NCBI GenBank assembly: GCA_001643675.2
Contig: LSRY02000023.1
Coordinates: 682,001-746,000, forward strand
Source of the DNA: Monocercomonoides exilis PA203
Lineage: Eukaryota > Protista > Preaxostyla
Direction: 5' to 3'
Length of the DNA stretch: 64,000 bases
Position 1 is the stretch's first letter. Every line of letters starts with the position of its first letter. The notes under the pieces were generated by a model. The model had not been told where the DNA came from. It ran no database searches and saw nothing but the letters and a program-made list of their open reading frames with translations. Below, in pieces: positions 54,831-64,000 of this stretch. The translations under genes and the position numbers were made by a program.

Positions 54831-56817
54831 CTGATTCTCATATTAATTCTTTCATTTTCCAATTTTCACCATTTTCCATATCATTGAAAAATCTTTATGC
54901 TTTCATATCACTTTCAACAAAATCATTTATCAATTCTTTTCTTTCAAAATCCTTAACATCAGCTCAAATAAAAATATTTCTTCGATATTTCTTCGTCTAT
55001 TTTAGTTTCTGCATCCAACGAAAACAAAGCTCGTTGCTTTATATCATCTATATCTTCTTTTCAAATAGTATTTCTTCAATCATATTCGAAGGTTTTCCAC
55101 AAATTATAATTTCCTCAACTTACCTATTCAATTGTCAATCTCTTGTTCATCCCATTTATTTGACAGTATTTAACTTCGATTATTTGTTTTCTAACAAATT
55201 ATGTTCTCCTCATTTTATCATCCTCTCGTTTCCTTGAAGGCATGTGAAGTTGTGAAATCTGAAGAAAGACATCACCAACTATTTTTTCAAAAATAGAATT
55301 GTTTAATATTATTATCTTTTCATCTGTGCCTCCTTCATTCACTGAAAAAGGAATGAAAAGCATCCTCCATTTCTTATTGCATGTTAGCTTTCCTTCTTTT
55401 CTTGGCTCATCATAACATCTCTTCCATTTTCATTTATTTCAGCTGCTATTCTGTGTTTGAATAATTATTCCTTTCGTCTATCTGAGTAGATACGAAATAC
55501 AAGGCTTGGCACTGAGTTCGGTGGGGATTCGAATGAAATGAAAAAAACAGTATCATTTTTGTTTATCATTGAAGAAATCGAAGAAGAACGTTTGTATGAA
55601 AAGATGGATTTTTCTTTAATAATTTTTTTCTCAAGAATCATGATGAAATGAACATTTGTTCAGTGATTAATCAGCCGAGAAAAAAAGCGAATGAAACAAT
55701 TTTCAGTTGAGTTTTGCGGAGATGCAGATTGCACAGCAAATACACATCAGAAGGTCGATGATCTGATCCTATGTCAAGTGAGTGAAAATGATATTGAAGG
55801 AGTTTAAGAAGAAGATAACAATGAAGTTGAAGATGGTACAGCTTGTGGAAAAGGAAATGACGAAGAAGAAATTAAAGAATCGGAAGTAGATAAAGGAAAT
55901 GAAGAAGAAGATGAAGAAGAAGAAGATGGTGAAAAAGAAGAATTGGAATTGGTGTAATACAGTCCAAAGGCAGGGGAAGGCTGGATTGTTTAAGAGGATG
56001 AATTGGATGGGGACGCAGAAAGCAGTGAAGAAGAACAAGAAACAGAAGAAGAAGAAGAAAAAAAGAAGAAAAGAATGCATTAAAGATAATCTTGCTAGTT
56101 TTGATGTTGAGTTTGGTGATAAATCAGACGAGGAAGAAGGAAGAAGGAAGAAGATGAAGATTTCGGAGAAAAAGAACCCATCAAAGAAATACAATCAATA
56201 TTTCCGTTTCTGCTTTTCCCTTTCCTCTTTCACAGTCCAATCATCAGTTATCAATCCAATTTTCTCCTTTTCCCTCCTCCTCTCTGAATATTCTTCTTCT
56301 TCTTTTCCTTCTTCACATTTGAATTGCTCTTCTGCTATTTCTCTGCTCATTTCTTTCTCATCTCCTTTTGATCCATTTTCTTTTTCATATCTCAACTCTC
56401 CCAAAAAATCAACATTGCTCATCAAACAGCAAACATTTGAGTATGGATGAGTCAAACGAAGATAATCATCCGAATGGAGACATGAAACAGACTGTGATTG
56501 AAGATGACGATGAGAAGGAAGATGATGTTGATGGAGGAGAAAGTGACGATATTCATGATGGTGATGAAAATGCTGAGGAAAATAAAAGCGAAGAAGATGA
56601 AGAGGAGGAAGAGGAAGAGGAGGAAGAGGCAGTGCATCTGAAGAGTGCGGAGGCGGAGAAGGCATCTGTACACATGAGCAATCAGAGCCTTCACAAGTGC
56701 TCCAAAAGGGAATCTTCGACAGCATCGGCGTGTGGTAGACACTCTCAAACTGTGTGTGTAATCAGATAGAAACAATTGCAATCACAATCACAACTACTCG
56801 AATTCAGATTGATATAT

Positions 56818-56865
56818 GAAGAAGAAGAAGAAGAAGAAGAAGAAGAAGAAGAAGAAGAAGAAGAA
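56818..56865 (+). repeat. (GAA)16 microsatellite
   Basis: Perfect run. Confidence 0.95.
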
Positions 56866-59512
56866 GGATGCTCATTCATCATATTCCCTCTTTTCAAACA
56901 ATTCCGAATGTCATTGTTCCAGCCAGAAGACGATTATTTGCCGCTCCTCTCTTTCCTTCCCCTCCTTCTTCCCTCTGTTCTCCCAATGGCTGCAGAAGAG
57001 GCAGCGTTTCTTCCCCACAAAATGACTCAAGCAACTTTTCAGTCTTACCAAATGTGTCACATAATTCATCCTCAGTCATTTTCTTTAACTGCTTTTGTAT
57101 GTTCCTTTGGCTTTTGAGGATACCGAAATGCTTTGTTGTGTGTGCCTTTCCACAATCCCTTATAATCTGTTTCTTCTTCTACTTCTTCCTCCAAATCAAT
57201 GGAACCACACTCTCTCCCTGACTCCTCATTCATCCCTAATTCATTCATTGACATTTCCACTTGTTCCTCATCTTTTCTCACTCCCTCTGCACTTCCATCT
57301 GAAGTGATGCCCAAAGACCCATCTGCTGCTTCTTCTGCTGCTCTCCTGCTCTACAGTTGAACGCCATCGGCTGATGAAGAACTGCACACTTCTGGTTCCA
57401 CTGAATGCTGCTTGTCTGAATCCGCCTCAGACTCTGCCTTCACAAACCTCAGCCCACTCAGACCAAGCGCCTCCACAACCAGCGGCACCATCGCTTCTTC
57501 CAGCTTCCCCTGTTTCTCTTTGATTCTCTCCACAAAATCTCTATGAGCTGTCGGATAACCGCCTTTCTCCTCATTCCCATCACCTCCCTCTCTCCCTCTA
57601 TCTTTGCCTCCATCTTCTTCTCCCATTTCTTCTCCCTCTTTGTCTCCCTCTTTGCACCCCCTTTCTCCTTCCTCTGCCTCTTCCCGCTCCTCCAGCACAG
57701 CCAGAGCAATCGCTGCTGGAGACAGAACCACATCCTCCACACTCAGCCAAACCGCTTCCATTCCCTTCTCCACAATCTCCCCTTCTTCTCACACACTTCA
57801 ACCCCTCGCCTCATCACTTCATCACTTCCTCGTCCAGCTTCACCACCACACGCCTCGACTGTTGTGATCGCAATATCTGCAGCAACAGGTCAAACAGATC
57901 GTAGATCGACGGGAACGTATTCATTCAGCTGACACAAAGATCCACTTGCTCCCCGATATCGTGCCCACTGACGCTGCAAGCGACGGAAGCGGTGCCACCA
58001 GCGGAACCGAAAGCATTGCAAAAAGTGCAATAATCCAGGTGCAAGCAACATCTCCACACATCACACCCCAACGCGCAACAACATATCCCCGCAGCGTCTA
58101 TTGCCACCTCAGAAACGACTGTCTGTGATTTTCATACATCCCAGCAGCCAATGGCACCACAATCCGCAGCCGCCTCTCGATGTCATCCATCACTCCTACA
58201 GACGTGTGTGATGCCGCCACCGCGGATGTTTTCAAACTGTCAACTGCAAGTGCTGAAATGTTGTTGATAAGAATTATGGCTTTTTACCTTTTCCCTTCTT
58301 CTTCTCTTTGCTTCCTCATATCTTTAATGGAGAACCAGGTTTGCATGCTTCTTCAGATTGCGTTGAATGTTGAAGAAGAAGGAATGGAAGGAACGGATGA
58401 AGGATGAATTGTGTACGTTGGAGTTAGAAATAGAAAGAAAAGGAGAAAGAAAGAAAGAAGAAGAGCAGGAGTGAATGAATGAGATGAAAAATCTTCATTT
58501 GGGGAAGGGAAATAAAAGATTTCAAAAAGCAGGATGTTATTATTATTATTATTATAATTATTATTATTGATTCTGATTAAAACAGATGTGTTGACACATT
58601 AGCTTTCTTATTCACACTTCAAGGAATTTTCCATTTTGTAATGAACAAACTTTGAAGATTACCTGAATAAATCAATGTCAAAACAAATATTGAGAATATT
58701 TCAATCTTCAAAAGAAGAACTTTTCTGTTTGAACACACTTCAAAAAAGGTTTTGAAAAAAGATTCATATATTGAGATTTTTCTTTGATATGGATTTTGAA
58801 AAAATCAATTATAACGATGAATTGAAATAAATTTCCGAAATCAAAGAACTTTCCTAAAAAAAATAGTGGAACGTAGTAAATTTTCTAAAAAAATCTGTAA
58901 AATTGCGAATTAATGAAAACTCAGAGAACACTCAAAATTTTGTTAGCACGATCGTTAAATATTTCCGTCATTCACATAAATGCACAGCATGTTGCATTGT
59001 TTGTTGTTTTTGTCAAGTGTTCATATCAATTCGATTCAAACCCACAGAGCAATTCACGAACAAAAATAGTTTCTGATGTTGATAATCTTCAACACAATCA
59101 TCAACGAACTTCTTTGCATAGCACTCAAAGTTTTTAGTAGCTTTTGTTTTTCCAATATGACAATACAGCGTACACTTCGTCTTTGAAATTGCAACTTCAA
59201 TTTATAGAAGAAGCAGAAAGTTGAATAAAAAAGCAATCAAAAAAAATTATCAAAAAGAAAAAGAAATGAAAACGGAAGGGATTATAATAATGGATTGAAT
59301 TTGCTTGTTTAAAGGAAATTTTTCACATGAAAATTTCCATTGTGAAAAAAAAGTAGAAATATATTCAGATTATGGAATCGATAACCTTAATCGCTTCATT
59401 TTATCTTCGTGAACAAAAATAATTTTTTACCAATTTATCACATTGATAAATGCAGTTTTCTATTTTGTCTCCTTCAAGAAAAAGCGAGAAGTGTTCCGCT
59501 GTTTAGCAATAC

Positions 59513-62500
59513 ATGGAAAAAGTTTCATCCAACCAAGTGTCTGAGCTGCTGGAGTTCATGCTGCTGCACACAAACAAGGGGAAAGCTATTTCAGCAAGAA
59601 TTCAGAAAATGTTTAACGGTTTGTTATAATTTATTATTATTTGACATAATCAATAATCAAACAATTCACATTATTTCATCAGATACAAACAATTTCATTT
59701 TAATGAGAATTGCAAGTATTTATAACGACGAACAAAACATCCACACAAAAGTGGCATTACTAAAGAGTGTTTGTCATGAACACTCTCTTTCGCATTTGCG
59801 TCAGTTTGGATTCAGCTGTTCAGCAGGCAACTACAACCACGCTAAACAGAACAGCAGCAATCTCTCCTTTGAAATTGGATCTCCACAAAAACCTCCTATT
59901 CCACCTTCAAAGAAAAGTTTCTTTTAATTTTTTTTTACAAAATAATTTTCATTTCTTTTTTTTTTTTTTTATAAATAAATGTTTAGAATTATCAAGTGAA
60001 GATGAAGCGGTTTTTCAGAAGTTTTTATTGGAAAATTCGACTGAATCGTCTGAAAATATCTGTCGAATTTCTCATTCGAAAAAAAGTCTGCTTTTTTATT
60101 TCTAATTTTTGGTACAATTTCTTAATTGATAAAATAAAACAACTTTCCTTTTATCTAAAAACAGAGAAAGATCATTTTGTTTCTTTTGATGACGATTTTA
60201 CTATCATCAACAGTGATTCGAATATGGAGCAGGACGATGATCCTCTGAAAAACTATTTCATTCCTGAAGAAAATTTGAGTTATGAATTTTCAGAGAGCAA
60301 TATTTTCCCCTTTACGAATGAAAATGACAATAGCATGGAAGTTGAAAACGAAGGGGCTCATTCATCATCGCGGAGTGAAGTTGGAGAACTTTTTGAACGA
60401 ACATCAATTATTTGTTCACATGATGATGTCGAGCGTTGTCATGAACTCAATAGAGATATGTTAGATCTGAGAAATGAAGATATTCGAATGGATACTGACT
60501 ATTGTCATTCTTCAAGCAACCAATTTGACAATCATTTCGATAATACTATTATTGAATCAGCTTCAAATTTTGATGACCATCATGTGAATCAAAATGATCA
60601 CAATAATCAATTATCAGATGTTCTAAACAATTTATCACTGCACAATTATGGAAACACATGTTGCCTTGCCTCTATCATTCAAATATTTAGAGTTATTGTG
60701 ACTCATTGTGGCAAGATTCAAAAAAGAAAAGGAAAACTGTCTTCATTTCATACAAAATTGTTCTCAATTGTGTATTACTCATCGAAAAGTGCATCACCAA
60801 CGCATTCATTTGACAATTGTTCGTGGACGGAGCCTTTTGCAAGAAATTGGGAAAAAAGGCACAGGCTGGAGCAAAGGGCACAACAAGAATTTTATCTCAC
60901 ATTTACAAATATGTTCAGTGATTTAATCTGTGTGCTGCCAGAATTAAATAACTTGATGAACATGAACATAACATTCCCAAGAATTTGCTGTTGTTGTGGT
61001 TCCAAAACAATTGGAGCTTTGGAATCAACACCGATTATTAGGCTAAATGGAAGCAACATCGTTCAATCATTCAATGAATCATTCACTATTGGATTTTCTA
61101 ATTCAAACAACAAGGAAGCATTTTGCTCAAATTGCAAACAAACAACAAATCATTTTTCAAATTTACAAATTCTTTCTTTTCCCAAATTTTTTGCAATTTC
61201 TCTGGAAAAAGAAAAAGGAACACATAGCGTGAATTTTTGCATTGACGAAAATATTAGCTTTGTGAAAGAAAATGGAGAAATCAACGCCTTAAAAAAGCAT
61301 GTTGAAGGAGCTCACAATTATTCACTTATCGCATTGCTTTTTCACACTGAGAAAAATGAAAATGGGCATTTCTTTTGCTTATGCAAACATCACAAATTGT
61401 TCAGTAATTCATCTTCAAATCAAAGTTTTTGTTGGATTTATTGCAACGATTCATACGTGTCACACGTTCGCAACAACATTCAAACAATCATTGATGAACA
61501 AGCAAGTTGTGGAAACGTCCCAATTCTTTCTGTCTATGCTCAAGTGAACAATAAGGAACGGGACTCTATTGAAATTCCATTTTCCCCAACACTAACGAAC
61601 AACACATTTATTTCTCGTCAACAGAATTCATATGAGAAAACTTTTTCAACAATCTCAAATGTTTTCACTTCACAAGTGCTCCCCACTTCTTCGTTTCAAC
61701 AGAATAATCAACAAAGAACATCTGTTGAATTTATTTCCAACATTCCAAACACTTCTAACTTCACTTCACATTATTTCAATTCAAACACTTCATCAAATTC
61801 ATTCATTGAATCAGAAAAAAACTCCATTTCACATCATTCAAGATCAATAGATGATACAACACAATCATTTTCCAACTCATTATCTGTATCCAAAAATGAT
61901 AAGCAACACGCAGAATCTATCATTTCAAACTCCTTATGTAAATCACCAAATAAAATAACTCATAGAAATAAGCATCCAACTTCTCATTGTCATCAAGATA
62001 AAGAATTTTGTTTTTCTCATCCGTTGAAATCTTATGATCAAGCAAGTTCGAAGCGAGAGACAACTGTGCACAAGCAACCAACCAGACTTATTTCCATGCC
62101 AAAAACAAAGCTATACGAAAAATTTAAAGAGTTGAACATAAAAATGTCTATCAGTACATTCTACAAAAAAACGAATCACTTAAAGCGTGCCAAAAGGCGT
62201 TCTGATCTCTGTGATCTTTGTCAGAGATATGAATCGCTTCAAAAGAGGAAGGAGTATCTAATCACACAAGGTAAGCAACTTGATGCAAATGAAAATGTCA
62301 TTATGTCATTAATTGAGAATCATAAGAAAATTGCATCCAATCAACAATCTTACTTTCGTCTTCTGAAAAATAACATATCGAAAGATGAAGCGTTGCTTTT
62401 GTTTGACTTTAAAGAAAACTGGAATGTGCCCATTAAGCAAAACAGTATCAGCAAGGACTTCTACAACAAACAGGAAGTGTCTCATCTGTGCATCATTGTT

Positions 62501-63328
62501 TATCTGAGAAATAAAGAAAATAAGATAGAAAAGCATGTTTTCAATTTTTTGTCAAACGTGATGTCACACGATTATCGTTTTGTAATCGACTGTCTCGATA
62601 ATGTGTTGAGATTGAGTTTTCTTCAACAAAGAAAGACTTTTCATTTTATGTGTGACACTGGAACACACTTTCGAAATTCTTATCTTCTCCATTATCTCTT
62701 ATCTGATTCTTCTCGTTTTGCACGTGGAAAGCATTGCACACTTTCATTCTTTTGCGAGAAACACGGAAAGTGTGAATGCGACGGAGAATTCGGTTATTTG
62801 ACAAGGTGCATCAACGACAACATTGACGGTGAAACAGAGTTGAATAATATTGATGACTTGATTGAGTTTTTTCAGAAATATTCTCAAAATGGAATGTCTC
62901 CTGAAACCAATTTGAATGAATCATCTAATTCTATTAGAAGATACTTTTTAAAGTTTGTTTTCTTTTTTTGTATTTATATTGTGTCCCTTTTTTTTGATTG
63001 CAATTTCAGATACATTCCAAGCAATATCATACTATGGAAGAAAATGGAAGTTCAGTCATTGAAAACGTATTTGTTTTACGAAAAACGAGGGAAGGAAATT
63101 TTTCGCTCTGTCTTTTCACCGAAAAACTCTGAAGGCGAATCAAGAATAGCATATAAGGAGTCGCGATCAAGAGACGAAAGGAAAAGAAAAAACAATGAGT
63201 GTTTCAAGTCAAATCCTTCAAAGAACATAATAGGAAATCAAACACAAAATATGCTTAATTATAGAATGAATAATTGTTCAAATTTTTGTGAAAATAGTTT
63301 ATCTTCAATCTCTGAACCTAATATTTGA
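59513..63328 (+). CDS. Sola2-like DD-D transposase with internal USP domain, copy 4; exons 59513-59618, 59683-59916, 59987-60085, 60165-62952, 63010-63328 (start uncertain)
   Basis: All four GT-AG introns keep the frame. Cys-box LHNYGNTCCLASIIQ, His-box NGHFFCLCK...WIYCNDSYV. Transposase RRSDLCDLC, FDFKENW, LSNVMSHDYRFV, MCDTGTHFRN, FFCEKHGKCECDGEFG. Confidence 0.85.
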
Positions 63329-63342
63329 TTTTTCGCTTTTTT

Positions 63343-63612
63343 GATGAATCAAACTTTTGTTTTGAAAACAAAAAATTTTTATCCAACAGGAATGTTTATT
63401 GCTCAAGCTCTAATCATTATGTTTTTAACATAATTTTTAGGGTACTGCTTTTTTGCATTGATGCAAGGAAGTGGCTAGGCTGATTCCATCCTGGGATTGT
63501 GCTGTGACCGGTCCAGCACAATCCCTTGCAGGCTTTGGGGCCAGAATCAGCCTCCCAGGATAAACTTCCTGTTGGAATCATTTTTTGTTTCAAAACAAAA
63601 GTTTGATTTATT
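63343..63612 (+). ncRNA. Putative structured RNA element immediately 3' of the copy 4 stop codon
   Basis: About 55-bp imperfect outer helix 63343-63399/63560-63612; inner stems ATTATGTT/AACATAAT, CTGCTTTTTTGCA/TGCAAGGAAGTGG (G.U pairs), AGGCTGATTC/GAATCAGCCT and GGGATTGTGCTG/CAGCACAATCCC. Confidence 0.7.
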
Positions 63613-63696
63613 AGTCTTTTTTTAGTGAATGTCGACATTCACAAAATTTTGAGAGTTCTCATTCATTTGTATTTTTTTTTTCGTTTTTGATTTCAG

Positions 63697-64000
63697 CGAA
63701 TATCAAACTTATTTCTTCTTATTGTCCTGTTTTTGAAAAATTCAAATCATGCACAATCAGGCTCTTGAACAAAGAACGAAAAAGAGGAAACAATAATCAA
63801 CAGCAGAATGTGAAGCCTTCACTTCCATGGACAACAATTGGGCTTGGGCTGAAGCATCTTCCAAACGATTTCTTCAGTCAGATGTTTGTTTATGAGGAAT
63901 CTGTGATTGATGAGGAAATTGGATTGGACACACTCACGCTGAGTGGGATGCATGAAGAACAGGGTCGAGTGGTTGTGAAAGAGAGGATGAGTTTCAGAAA
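63697..64000 (+). CDS. Partial exon of an unknown gene running off the window
   Basis: About 100 open codons after a TTTCAG acceptor (NIKLISSYCPVFEKFKSCTIRLL...). Confidence 0.35.

Noticed and set aside
55750-58400. Many overlapping E/K/S-rich ORFs
   Set aside because: They are low-complexity GAA/TCT-driven frames and no gene model is supportable.
59996-60164. Track start MKMKRFF... for the 1110-aa ORF
   Set aside because: It is out-of-frame exon plus intron sequence; the spliced model restores homology to copy 1.
63343-63612. Identification as a hammerhead or HDV ribozyme, SRP RNA, tRNA, or TPP/glycine/Moco riboswitch
   Set aside because: Only short word matches exist (CAGCCUCC, GCCUCCC, CAGG); diagnostic cores such as CUGANGA/GAAA, UGAGA, GGAGA and SRP helix 8 were not seen.
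63343-63612. Simple MITE with 55-bp TIRs
   Set aside because: There is no TSD, G.U pairing is strand-biased, and the position and junction motifs match the copy 1 element.
63697-64000. IscB/TnpB-like ORF next to an omega-type RNA (TIRL...TTIGLGL)
   Set aside because: No PLMP or RuvC-I D-x-G motif is visible, so the resemblance is superficial.

Overview
This is AT-rich eukaryotic DNA with short GT-AG introns and the standard genetic code. It is most likely an oxymonad such as Monocercomonoides, inferred from intron style and gene-family resemblance and not verified. The window is dominated by transposons. The main signal is a family of Sola2-like DD-D transposase genes with a complete USP/peptidase C19 deubiquitinase-type domain inserted inside the transposase. 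Two copies are apparently intact and highly divergent (<3-3806 and 59513-63328, both +), and two loci are decayed (17.2-22.3 kb and 25.4-28.2 kb, both -). Both intact copies, but not the decayed ones, are followed directly after the stop codon by a multi-stem, G.U-rich RNA-like structure with shared junction motifs (TGCTYA..., AGGGTRCTG, CAGCCTCCCAGG). MITEs of about 240-260 bp with GGG...CCC ends and ATAT target duplications are candidate non-autonomous partners. Also present: four Merlin/IS1595-like elements (one intact with TIRs and an 8-bp TSD), a PIF/Harbinger nuclease relic, a decayed DIRS-like tyrosine-recombinase retrotransposon, a Tc1 relic, pogo-like elements, a four-level nested insertion cluster (40.8-48.0 kb) and several low-complexity or decayed host gene fragments. 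All family assignments come from motif recognition by eye; no searches were run.
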